Source of the DNA: an uncultured SAR86 cluster bacterium
GTDB taxonomy: Bacteria; Pseudomonadota; Gammaproteobacteria; Magnimaribacterales; AG-339-G14
Assembly (NCBI GenBank): GCA_902635045.1
Contig: CACPMT010000002.1
Coordinates: 111,993-175,992, forward strand
Reading direction: 5' to 3'
DNA length: 64,000 nt
Both the position numbers and the translations under genes were made by a program. Shown one piece after another: positions 1 through 8,974 of this stretch (position 1 is the first letter of the stretch; each line of letters starts with the position of its first letter). The notes beneath the pieces are model-generated. The model worked only from the letters and a program-made list of their open reading frames with translations, did not search any database and had not been told where the DNA came from.

Positions 1-21
1 TTTAATTTTAATAATCAAGTA

Positions 22-54
22 AATAAAGAATTTGAGAATCTTTATTCTTTTTTG
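22..54 (+). terminator. Weak AT-rich hairpin plus T-run; possible intrinsic terminator of the off-window upstream gene
   Basis: AATAAAGA (22-29) pairs perfectly with TCTTTATT (39-46), 9-nt loop, followed by CTTTTTT. Only one G:C pair, so weak. Confidence 0.3.
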
Positions 55-1272
55 AAAATTGATAATTCCATTTCAAAACTTTTCAATGCAGAAAAAATTA
101 ATACAACAGAAGATAAAGCAGCACTCCATTGGAAAATAAGGGATCCCGATAGCCATTTATACAGAGATCTTTTTGTTAAATATAATGCTTTTAGGAAGCA
201 GCTGCTTAATAGACCTATAAAAAATATTGTTATTTTAGGAATTGGAGGATCATACGAAGGGCCAAATTTGCTTATTAATTCTTTGAAAGAATTAAATAAT
301 CTCAAATTCAATCATATATTCATTACTGGATCAGATAACCAAGAGTTTAAAGAAAAAATTACAGGTTTGAATCAAAAAGAGACCGTCTTTATTTTGTCTT
401 CAAAATCTATGAAATCTTTAGAAGTAATAAATAATTTCAAATTGGCTAAAAGATGGCTTTCTTTAAAAATAAAAAGTTCAAAAGCTATAGAAAATTTTTA
501 CGGAATTACATCTAATATTCAAGAAGCTAAAAAAATAGGAATTGCTGAGAATAATATTATTAATCTAGGAGAGGAAATTGGTGGAAGATACTCTATCTGG
601 TCAGAAATTTCGTTAACATCTATTTTAGAATCAAAAAAGAATTTTTCATCATTCTTGAATGGAGGTCATCAAGCTGACCTACTTATGAAATCAGATAATA
701 GTTATAAAAAAACTATTAAAAAATTAGCTTATATAGAGTTATGGAATTCTAATTTTTTAAATATTAACAATAGAGTAGTACTTTCTTATTTATGGAAGCT
801 GAGAACTCTTCCAAGATATTTTCAACAGCTAGAAATGGAATCTTTAGGCAAAAAAGCCAACAGCCAATCTATTTTTTCTAAAACCTCTCAAACTATTTAT
901 GGTGGTTTTGGGCCCAGAGCACAACATTCATTTTTCCAAATGCTTCATCAAGGAACATCAAAAACTTCTATAGATTTTATAATTGAAAAAGACGTGTCTG
1001 AATCAAATAAGCTGCCTAAAATACAAGCTCTTACTCAAAATAAATTATTTAATATTCCTCCCAAGAAAACTTTAGTTCAAAATCACAAAATAAATAGCAA
1101 TGTTTCAAGCAATCTTTATATGCTTGAAAAGCTTACACCATATAATTTAGGTTTCTTAATAAGCTCTTGGGAGCATAAAACTTTTATATGCTCTCAACTG
1201 CTTCAAATAAATCCGTTTGATCAGTTTGGAGTAGAACAAGGAAAATTAAAAACATCCAAAAAATTTAGTTAA
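52..1272 (+). CDS. pgi: Glucose-6-phosphate isomerase (unusually short, 406 aa)
   Basis: ILGIGGSYEGP, GGRYSIWS, GPRAQHSFFQMLHQG and C-terminal INPFDQFGVEQGK match the PGI signatures. The ORF opens with TTG at 52, so the true start is uncertain. Confidence 0.8.
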   Translation: MKIDNSISKLFNAEKINTTEDKAALHWKIRDPDSHLYRDLFVKYNAFRKQLLNRPIKNIVILGIGGSYEGPNLLINSLKELNNLKFNHIFITGSDNQEFKEKITGLNQKETVFILSSKSMKSLEVINNFKLAKRWLSLKIKSSKAIENFYGITSNIQEAKKIGIAENNIINLGEEIGGRYSIWSEISLTSILESKKNFSSFLNGGHQADLLMKSDNSYKKTIKKLAYIELWNSNFLNINNRVVLSYLWKLRTLPRYFQQLEMESLGKKANSQSIFSKTSQTIYGGFGPRAQHSFFQMLHQGTSKTSIDFIIEKDVSESNKLPKIQALTQNKLFNIPPKKTLVQNHKINSNVSSNLYMLEKLTPYNLGFLISSWEHKTFICSQLLQINPFDQFGVEQGKLKTSKKFS

Positions 1273-2086
1273 TTTGATTTTTTTTATCAATTAAAAAATC
1301 AAAATTAGAAGCAAGCTCGTCTTTATCAAAAATAAGTTTTCTTTTATTGCCCTTAATCAATCCTTTGATAAAGCTTGGAAGCTCGTAGAAAGATATTTGT
1401 AATCTTTTAAATTTTCTTGAAAGCCAAGATTTATTGACAAAATTTTCATCTCTTACGTTCTTGATAGAATTCTCATCTTGTCTTGTTTCCTTACCCAAAT
1501 GCATCATCTGAATAGCAGGAGCAGGTTCAACCTGCATATATTGAGCCCAAGATCTTGACCAGAAAGCAGCATCAACCATAACGTAATTTTTAAATTCTTC
1601 TAACATTTTCAAGGCAAGTTGAGGCCCTAATATATAGGCAGCTAAGCCCGTTTTATTTTTATAAATTTCTCTTATGTTTAAGAGATTATTATCCTCCGAA
1701 TAAAAACTTTGTTTGCTTAATAAATGATATCCAGGGGCATACTCTAAATCGTATACTGTGTTCCAAGAATCTTTGAGGCCTTCAACTACATCTATAATTT
1801 TATTTATTTCTTTAGAAATGACTACATCATCTTCTAAGATTAAACATTTATTATTTCTTTTGCTAACTTCTTCCCATGCTTTGCGATGAGATAAAAAACA
1901 ACCTACGTCTTTTGAAAAAATAGGTCTAGTCCAATGATTCGCAGCATTTTGTAATTCCTTGGTACTCAAATCTGCTCCATTGATTGCATCTATGAAAGTG
2001 ATATTTAGGTTTAATTGTTTAGCTTGCCTTATCTGAAATTCTCTTCTTTCTTTATAAGATTTCATGCTAATAATGAAAATTTTCAT
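1265..2086 (-). CDS. Glycosyltransferase family 25 (LPS/LOS biosynthesis type)
   Basis: MKIFIISMKSYKERREF N-terminus, GCFLSHRKAWE and LILEDDVV are typical GT25 blocks. ATG start at 2086. The 3' end overlaps pgi by 8 nt. Confidence 0.75.
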   Translation of the reverse strand: MKIFIISMKSYKERREFQIRQAKQLNLNITFIDAINGADLSTKELQNAANHWTRPIFSKDVGCFLSHRKAWEEVSKRNNKCLILEDDVVISKEINKIIDVVEGLKDSWNTVYDLEYAPGYHLLSKQSFYSEDNNLLNIREIYKNKTGLAAYILGPQLALKMLEEFKNYVMVDAAFWSRSWAQYMQVEPAPAIQMMHLGKETRQDENSIKNVRDENFVNKSWLSRKFKRLQISFYELPSFIKGLIKGNKRKLIFDKDELASNFDFLIDKKNQIN

Positions 2087-2238
2087 GATTTGAGAGTAAG
2101 ATTTTTATTATAAGTTGGTTTTTTTGGCAAAAACATAAATAATATTTAAAACTTTTTGCCCTATATTAAGTCAAATTTAGTCTTTTTGATTTGGTAAGCA
2201 TAAAATTCCGCCTCAAAGAATATTTTTAAAATTTAATT

Positions 2239-2343
2239 ATGAAGGATTACGTTAACTCTATATTTTGGTTTTTTAAAGAATACCCTATATTTGCCATCAG
2301 CTTTTTTTTCGGAGGCTATTTAATAGGGGCTACTTATTTTTAA
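2239..2343 (+). CDS. Possible 34-aa hydrophobic small protein (not in the ORF track)
   Basis: ATG at 2239, TAA at 2341-2343. Hand translation MKDYVNSIFWFFKEYPIFAISFFFGGYLIGATYF, one predicted TM helix. No homology support. Confidence 0.2.
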   Translation: MKDYVNSIFWFFKEYPIFAISFFFGGYLIGATYF

Positions 2344-2347
2344 TCTA

Positions 2348-3358
2348 CTAAATCAATTTTTTTAATTCGTTTGAAATTTTAGACCTGATTTTATTTTTTT
2401 CTAAGTCTTTCCAAGAAACATCATTTGCCATCAGCATTGAAAATGTTTTTTCAGATGCTTCTATGTTATTTTCTTCAAAATATTTTAAAGCATCTTTTGC
2501 TCCTTCCCTGTTATTACAAATTAAAACCATTTCACAACCAGAAATTATTGCGTTCTTGGTTTTGTCATAAAAACTTTTAAATTCATTAGTTCCTTCCATA
2601 GAAAGATCATCACTAAAGATCATTCCTTCAAATTTCATCTGTTCTCTGAGAATTTGCTTAATCCAAATTTTAGAAAAGGTGGTAATTCTCTCGTCAACAT
2701 CAGGGAAAAGAATATGTGCTGTCATGATTCCATCTAAATTATTTATTAACTCTTTAAAAGGGATTAAATCTTTGTTTTCTATTTCATTAAGGGCCCGTCG
2801 GTCAATAGGTTTTTCTAAATGACTATCTTCACTAATTGATCCGTGTCCAGGAAAATGTTTTCCAACACATGCCATCCCTGCCTCATTCATTCCAAAAATA
2901 AATGCCCTTGCGCATTCTATTACGATATCTATCTGATCAGAAAATGCTCTATCTCCAATTATGCTGCTCAAGTCTTGATCTAAATCTAAAACTGGTGAAA
3001 AACTTAAATCAATTCCCGATGCTATTAATTCTGAAGCAATTAACCAACCAGCATTCTTGCATAAGTCCAAACCTGCATGTTTGTCATAACTTACCAAATC
3101 TCCCAACCTTTGCATTGGAGGTATTTGAGAAAAACCTTTCTTAAATCTTTGCACTCTTCCGCCTTCTTGATCAACAGCAATAATAATTTCGGGCTTCTTT
3201 GATTTTATTTCAAAACAAAGATCTGTTATCTGATTTCTATCCAAAAAATTTCTTTCAAATAAAATAAGTCCACCAACATGGGGTGATCCTATTAGCTCAA
3301 TATCTTCTTGATTAAGAAAAGGCCCTTCGATATCTATCATCAATGAAGCTTTATTCAT
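2348..3358 (-). CDS. nagZ: Beta-N-acetylhexosaminidase (GH3, peptidoglycan recycling)
   Basis: GH3 blocks AVDQEGGRVQRF and KHFPGHG; 336 aa as in NagZ. Confidence 0.9.
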   Translation of the reverse strand: MNKASLMIDIEGPFLNQEDIELIGSPHVGGLILFERNFLDRNQITDLCFEIKSKKPEIIIAVDQEGGRVQRFKKGFSQIPPMQRLGDLVSYDKHAGLDLCKNAGWLIASELIASGIDLSFSPVLDLDQDLSSIIGDRAFSDQIDIVIECARAFIFGMNEAGMACVGKHFPGHGSISEDSHLEKPIDRRALNEIENKDLIPFKELINNLDGIMTAHILFPDVDERITTFSKIWIKQILREQMKFEGMIFSDDLSMEGTNEFKSFYDKTKNAIISGCEMVLICNNREGAKDALKYFEENNIEASEKTFSMLMANDVSWKDLEKNKIRSKISNELKKLI

Positions 3359-3380
3359 ATAAGTAGTATAAGATTAAAAG

Positions 3381-4004
3381 ATGAATTTATATGAAAAATA
3401 TGTTCTGCCAAAGGTTCTAAATTGCACTTGCGGTTCCAAGCCTATAAAACTTCAGAGAGAGAAAATTATTCCTCTTGCTCAAGGTAAAATTTTAGAAATT
3501 GGTATTGGTTCTGGACTCAATATTCCTTTTTATAATAAAGCAGTTATAGAAGAATTTCATGCTTTAGAGCCTTCAAGAGAGCTATGTAACATGGCAAGAA
3601 AAGTAGCCGACAACGAAGGAGTTGATATTAAATTTTATGAATGCAACGCTGAAAACATTCCTCTTCCAGATAATTTCTTCGATAATGTAATCATTACCTA
3701 TACGATGTGTACCATTCCTGAGGTCATTAAAGCAAACAAAGAAATTTTAAGAGTTCTAAAACCAAACGGAAAACTTTTATTCTGTGAACATGGTCTCTCT
3801 CCAGAACAAAAAGTTGCTAAATGGCAATCTAGAATAAATTTTATATGGGGAAAAATTGCTGGAGGCTGTAATTTAAACAGAGACATTCCTAAACTCATAA
3901 GGGCATCTGGATTTGAAATATTAGATTTGGAAGAAATGTACTTACCTAATACTCCAAAAATAGCTGGTTATAATTATTGGGGAACAGCATTGAAAAAAAG
4001 CTAA
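3381..4004 (+). CDS. Class I SAM-dependent methyltransferase
   Basis: SAM-binding motif ILEIGIGSGLN and post-motif LKPNGKLLFCEHG. Confidence 0.8.
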   Translation: MNLYEKYVLPKVLNCTCGSKPIKLQREKIIPLAQGKILEIGIGSGLNIPFYNKAVIEEFHALEPSRELCNMARKVADNEGVDIKFYECNAENIPLPDNFFDNVIITYTMCTIPEVIKANKEILRVLKPNGKLLFCEHGLSPEQKVAKWQSRINFIWGKIAGGCNLNRDIPKLIRASGFEILDLEEMYLPNTPKIAGYNYWGTALKKS

Positions 4005-4007
4005 TTC

Positions 4008-5048
4008 ATGTCTCGTTGGTCATCAGAAAAAATATTTGAATGGTATTCTGAGCAAGAATGGCTAATTGGATCAAATTTTTTACCCAGTACTGCAATAAAT
4101 CAATTAGAAATGTTTCAAAGAGAAACGTTCGATGAAAAAACTATCGAGAAAGAATTAGGCTTAGCGAACTCATTGGGATTTAACTCAATGAGAGTTTATT
4201 TGCACGACCTTCTTTGGGATATAAAAGATGAATTTTTAATAAACTTTGAAAAATTTCTTTTAATCTGTGAACAAAATAATATTAAACCAATTATTGTTTT
4301 ATTTGATGATTGTCACCGAGCAAATCCTAAACTTGGTCCTCAATATCTTCCTGTAAAAGGAATTCACAATTCAGGCTGGAGCCAAAGCCCTGGTCACAAA
4401 ATTGTAAAAGATATCAGTAACGGCTCTACATCGGAATTGAAGAGATTAAAAAACTTTACACAAGGAATTTTAGATTTATATAGGAATGATCAAAGGATTT
4501 TGCTTTGGGATTTATACAATGAACCTGGTCAATTTGGAATCGGGGAACAATCATTAAATTTTTTAGAGCTAGTTTGGGATTGGGCTTTCGAAGTAAGACC
4601 AGATCAACCTTTAACAAGCTGTATGGATGGCTCAATTGGAGAAAGAATTATAGCTTTAAATAGTGAGAAGTCAGATGTAATAACTTTTCATACTTACGAA
4701 GCAGACAAACTTGAACCAACTATTAAGGAGTTGTCTAATTTTAATAGACCAATGATTTGTACAGAATACATGGCAAGAGAATTTGGAACTACTTTCGAAT
4801 TTAGTTTACCTATTTTCAAAAAGCATAACGTGGGATGTTATAACTGGGGTTTTGTAGCCGGTAAAAGTCAAACGCATTTTGGTTGGGAAACAATTTTAAA
4901 ATTGAAAGAGTCAGTTAAAAATAAAGATTTTGTTAATGATGTCAGAGAAATTCCAGAGCCTAAAATTTGGTTTCATGATATTTTTAGAATTGATGGAAGC
5001 CCATATGACCAAAAAGAAATTGATTTTATAAAAAATTTTTTAATTTAA
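4008..5048 (+). CDS. Clan GH-A (GH5-like) glycoside hydrolase, cytoplasmic
   Basis: MRVYLH, WDLYNEPG (acid/base NEP) and MICTEY (nucleophile TE) spaced as in (beta/alpha)8 glycosidases. No signal peptide. Lies 3 bp after the methyltransferase. Confidence 0.6.
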   Translation: MSRWSSEKIFEWYSEQEWLIGSNFLPSTAINQLEMFQRETFDEKTIEKELGLANSLGFNSMRVYLHDLLWDIKDEFLINFEKFLLICEQNNIKPIIVLFDDCHRANPKLGPQYLPVKGIHNSGWSQSPGHKIVKDISNGSTSELKRLKNFTQGILDLYRNDQRILLWDLYNEPGQFGIGEQSLNFLELVWDWAFEVRPDQPLTSCMDGSIGERIIALNSEKSDVITFHTYEADKLEPTIKELSNFNRPMICTEYMAREFGTTFEFSLPIFKKHNVGCYNWGFVAGKSQTHFGWETILKLKESVKNKDFVNDVREIPEPKIWFHDIFRIDGSPYDQKEIDFIKNFLI

Positions 5049-6034
5049 TTTTTACTCTTCAAGCTTTCAAAAATTTTATATATCTCTTCAGCGGTATTAA
5101 TATCATTTACATTGCCGCCAAAAAATGGGCTGTACTTAACATTTGGAGAAGCGTAAATATGCCCTCCATTAACTAAAGTATAAAGGGCAACAATTCTACT
5201 TCCAAATACATTTTTTTTTGTAACTGAACTATTTAAATTTTTATCTCTTTCTGGAAGAATTTTGAAACTTTCTCTTTCATAAGATGATAAATCTCTCCAA
5301 TATTTATAAGATTCTTCAGAAGAAAGAACTTTGCCCCTACTATCATTTCCGAGCAATGACACTAAACCGCCGTTATAAGGATTTATCTGATCATTTGTTC
5401 CATTAAAAATTGCCATGTTTACTTCTACTTGAGAAATATTACAGTCGTTATTTTTTTTGATAGGAAGGTTCGCTACGAGAGGAGCATACAGATAGGTACT
5501 ATTTGGAATCTCATATGCGAGTTTATAAACCATATGACCACCATTTGAAATTCCTGTGGAAATGATATGATTTTTATTAATTCCAAAATCTTTCTCAATT
5601 AAGTTTATTACAGTTCTGTAATATCCTATATCATCAATATCTAATAAATTTGCTTCATAATCTGCTGAGGCTCTACAGTCGTTCCAAAAATTTTTGTATC
5701 CTTGAGGATATACCACTAAAAACCCTTTTTCTTGAGCTAAATATTCAAAATCAAAACCAGTTGCTTCTCTCATGCCTTCAGAAGTTCCATAAGACCCATG
5801 AAAAACAAAAATAACAGACGTGTTTTTTTTAAGTGAATCTGGCACAAAGACGTCATAAGTTCTGTCAAGATTGTCATGAGTAAAAGAGTAACTTATAAAT
5901 TTTCCTTGAGAGGGCTCAGACCTCAAAATCTCAACGTTGATATAATAATTTAGGAAAGTTACAGATAAAAATGATCCTAAAATAATTCCAAAAACAAAAA
6001 TTTTTGAAAGTAGGTTTTTTTTAAAAAAACTCAT
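5045..6034 (-). CDS. Secreted or anchored esterase, PHB-depolymerase/LpqC-like alpha/beta hydrolase
   Basis: N-terminal hydrophobic anchor, VFHGSYGTSEG, nucleophile elbow GISNGGHM. Confidence 0.6.
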   Translation of the reverse strand: MSFFKKNLLSKIFVFGIILGSFLSVTFLNYYINVEILRSEPSQGKFISYSFTHDNLDRTYDVFVPDSLKKNTSVIFVFHGSYGTSEGMREATGFDFEYLAQEKGFLVVYPQGYKNFWNDCRASADYEANLLDIDDIGYYRTVINLIEKDFGINKNHIISTGISNGGHMVYKLAYEIPNSTYLYAPLVANLPIKKNNDCNISQVEVNMAIFNGTNDQINPYNGGLVSLLGNDSRGKVLSSEESYKYWRDLSSYERESFKILPERDKNLNSSVTKKNVFGSRIVALYTLVNGGHIYASPNVKYSPFFGGNVNDINTAEEIYKIFESLKSKN

Positions 6035-6122
6035 TAAACAATAAATATTAAATAGTAAGTTGTTCCTGCAAATCCAAGGGTTATACCAAGAATAAGTAAG
6101 AAGCTTAATTTTAATATTTTCA

Positions 6123-7049
6123 TTAGGAAAGATTATTTTTTAAAAAATTAATGCTATCTTTAAAGGATGACTTTCTTGCATTCCAGTTTCTTCCGAGAGA
6201 TGCTCCAATTGGTGCTGAGCCAGATTCGATCAATTTAAGTCTTCCTTCTGGCGTATTCATCTCAAATCTTTCTCCAGAATCACTTTCGAAATATAGATTT
6301 CCATTTTTATCGATCTTGCTTGGCTTATTGCTAAGTGCTATTGCATCTGGAAGAAATTTTACTGGATCCACTCTATCAAAAGAATGATGGCTATTTTCGT
6401 ACAAAATAACTGAACTATTTCCTCCTGAATCATTAATGGCTTCGGATAAATTTTCTATTAAAATCGAAGGCGTATAATCATCGTCTTTTCCAATTAGACT
6501 GAGTATGGGGTTCTTGTTCCATCTCATTTCTTCTGGCCAAACATATGCTCCTGGATAAAAGGCTAAAAAACCTTTAAATCTTTCTCCGTTTGGAGCTAAT
6601 TTTTCAGCCAATGGCTCCCAAGCGGCATATACTGCAGTTGACCCACCAAAACTCCAACCTGCAATAAATATATTATTTTTTTGAATTTTTGGGTGATGAG
6701 ATAAGTGTTTTAAAGCTTCGTAACAATCTGTAAGTGACATGGAAACTGTAACCTGCATTTGATCTTGATAAATTGTTTTTACATTCCTGGATTCAAAACT
6801 ATGAACCTTAAAAATTGCAAAACCATTTTCTAAAAAATTAATTGAGTGATCTTGCGAACTAATGCCCCATCCCATACTGCCATGCATGCATATCACAAGC
6901 GGATAGGAATCCTTTTTTTCTTCTGGAAGAATTAAGGTCCCAAAAACCTGATGATTTTCTTGCTTGGTTGAATTTAAAATATCTGTGAATTCAAATGGAC
7001 TGGCTGACTCATAAAAGAAGTCTCCTTCTTCATTTTGAGTAAAATTCAT
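6123..7049 (-). CDS. Dienelactone-hydrolase-like alpha/beta hydrolase
   Basis: Nucleophile elbow GWSFGGS, CMHGSMGW oxyanion region, C-terminal HHSFD. Confidence 0.6.
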   Translation of the reverse strand: MNFTQNEEGDFFYESASPFEFTDILNSTKQENHQVFGTLILPEEKKDSYPLVICMHGSMGWGISSQDHSINFLENGFAIFKVHSFESRNVKTIYQDQMQVTVSMSLTDCYEALKHLSHHPKIQKNNIFIAGWSFGGSTAVYAAWEPLAEKLAPNGERFKGFLAFYPGAYVWPEEMRWNKNPILSLIGKDDDYTPSILIENLSEAINDSGGNSSVILYENSHHSFDRVDPVKFLPDAIALSNKPSKIDKNGNLYFESDSGERFEMNTPEGRLKLIESGSAPIGASLGRNWNARKSSFKDSINFLKNNLS

Positions 7050-7055
7050 TTTGAT

Positions 7056-7856
7056 TCAATTAAAAAAACAAATGGCTCTGACTTCTAGACTCATTCTTGG
7101 AGACACATCTTTACCTTTAAAGGATATATCATCAAAAGCGCTATGAAGAGTGGGTAAAAAAGGATTTGAAGAAGAATCATATGTTTTGAACATCAAAACC
7201 TCATCTCTATTCATTTTTGGATAATAATTCCACTCATGTTTATCACTATGAGAAGATTGAAATATCTCAACTGTCAAAGAATCTTCTTGATCCTCAAGAT
7301 AATTATGAAGATCTGTAGGGATTAATTCTTTCTCAGAAACGGTTCTGGAATCACAGACTGCAAAAGGAGCGTCTACACCGTCTACATCAAATCTTCTCCA
7401 AAGATTAAAAACCATTATTTTTGATGGATTGCTATTGGTTTCTTGAAGGAGAGGCTCGAGAGTATTTTTAAAATTTGGTGTGAAGTCATTGTGTACTAAT
7501 CTATGTGCACCCTTTCTTTCGCCCGACTCTACTTGGGCTTCGTTTCTAGAAATATGTGAAACTATATGAACCGCATCAGCATTTACTTTCTCTTTAACTA
7601 ATTTAGTCATTTCAGGATAATAGATTTCAGAGACTTCATTATCGTCAAAAAAATCTTTTACAGAAGATTTGTGACTTAATAGTTCAAATCCTCCCATCTC
7701 AATCTTAAAATCTTTTAATCTTGCGTTCTGTATAGTCTTTTTATAAGAACTATGATTAGGCATCAAAGGGTCTTCCTCTTGCAAACCAAATGCTGGTTTT
7801 AATTCCCCTTCTCTCAAAGGATTTCTATAATTAAAATAAGCTTCTATTTTATCCAT
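7056..7856 (-). CDS. Hypothetical protein, possibly a CmcJ/NvfI-like non-haem oxygenase
   Basis: Clean 266-aa ORF 6 bp upstream of the hydrolase gene. AHRLVHNDFTP resembles the metal-binding block of CmcJ-type proteins; this is recalled from memory only. Confidence 0.35.
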   Translation of the reverse strand: MDKIEAYFNYRNPLREGELKPAFGLQEEDPLMPNHSSYKKTIQNARLKDFKIEMGGFELLSHKSSVKDFFDDNEVSEIYYPEMTKLVKEKVNADAVHIVSHISRNEAQVESGERKGAHRLVHNDFTPNFKNTLEPLLQETNSNPSKIMVFNLWRRFDVDGVDAPFAVCDSRTVSEKELIPTDLHNYLEDQEDSLTVEIFQSSHSDKHEWNYYPKMNRDEVLMFKTYDSSSNPFLPTLHSAFDDISFKGKDVSPRMSLEVRAICFFN

Positions 7857-8007
7857 ACAATTATTTTATCTAAAAAAAAAGAAAAAAGTATTAAAAATCT
7901 ATAAATTCGGATGTCATATTTTCACTTTATCTTCATTATGTTGTCACTTTATTGCCATTAAATATAGCCAATTAAATAGTAAATTTTAATAATAAATTAA
8001 ATTTCAT

Positions 8008-8094
8008 ATGGAAATGAAATACAAATTGATAATTTTATTATTATTTCTACAATCTTGTCAGACCACTTCTAAGTGTGAAATCTTCATTTGTTAA
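8008..8094 (+). CDS. Possible 28-aa mini-lipoprotein (not in the ORF track)
   Basis: Hand translation MEMKYKLIILLLFLQSCQTTSKCEIFIC. It has a signal-like core plus a lipobox-like LQSC, and the mature 12-mer would carry 3 Cys. No homology support. Confidence 0.25.
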   Translation: MEMKYKLIILLLFLQSCQTTSKCEIFIC

Positions 8095-8107
8095 AACCTA
8101 TCTAAAA

Positions 8108-8971
8108 TTAAGTTAACTTTAGCTTGGTCCAAGTATTTGGAATCAGCCAAGTGACTATGAGTGAAAAAGTTACTCCAAGGACGTAACTGGCCAATACACC
8201 AGAAATTCCCTGTATTGTAATTGCTTCATTGATATTACTAATAGCAATCATAGTTATAAAAACTAGCACAGTACTTATCAAAACAACTGGAATCTTTACA
8301 AATTCAGGTTTATTTATTTCTATTTTAGAAGCAAATATATACCAGCCAAACATCACACCCAAAAACCAAACACTCGGTTCATGATTAATATGTGTTGGAT
8401 AGGATAGATAATAAATAATTTGTGAAAGCAATATTGTAACCATCCATAGTTTGTTACTTAAAAGATCGTAAAATTTATAAATTAATGCTATATACCAAAT
8501 TGCTAAAATAATTATTCCAATTAAAAGTCCAGCAAAAACATCCCCGATGTCGTGGACACCTAGGTACATTCTGCTAAAAGATACCAATCCGATCATCAAA
8601 ACACAAAATGCAGTTAGCCAGTTTTTTTTAAACTCTATTGCAATTAACCCCCATAAAGTCACAGCTATTTGAGCATGTCCGCTTGGCCAACCATATGATT
8701 GTCCAATCCTAGGGTCAAGCATAAATTCCATTGCTGGTCTTGGATCTTGAAAGTAATCTTTTAAAAAACCGTTTACCAAACCTGATACAAATAACAACAT
8801 TGCAATTCTAGAAAATTTTTCTGGAGACCAGTAAAAATATCCAAATGAGAGGAATAAAATTAAAAATGTTGGATAACCTGCTAAAGAAACTAAGTCAAAA
8901 AATATATTTAAAAAAGGAGTTCTTAAATCTAAAGCCCATGATAAATCATTCCAAAAAGATACAACTTCCAT
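8108..8971 (-). CDS. PAP2-family membrane phosphatase
   Basis: All three PAP2 motifs are present: KDYFQDPRP, PSGHA, SRMYLGVHDIGD. Multiple TM segments. Confidence 0.85.
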   Translation of the reverse strand: MEVVSFWNDLSWALDLRTPFLNIFFDLVSLAGYPTFLILFLSFGYFYWSPEKFSRIAMLLFVSGLVNGFLKDYFQDPRPAMEFMLDPRIGQSYGWPSGHAQIAVTLWGLIAIEFKKNWLTAFCVLMIGLVSFSRMYLGVHDIGDVFAGLLIGIIILAIWYIALIYKFYDLLSNKLWMVTILLSQIIYYLSYPTHINHEPSVWFLGVMFGWYIFASKIEINKPEFVKIPVVLISTVLVFITMIAISNINEAITIQGISGVLASYVLGVTFSLIVTWLIPNTWTKLKLT

Positions 8972-8974
8972 GCT

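Noticed and set aside
42-311. 89-aa minus-strand ORF at the left edge of the window.
   Set aside because: It is entirely antisense to the pgi N-terminal region and has no motifs.
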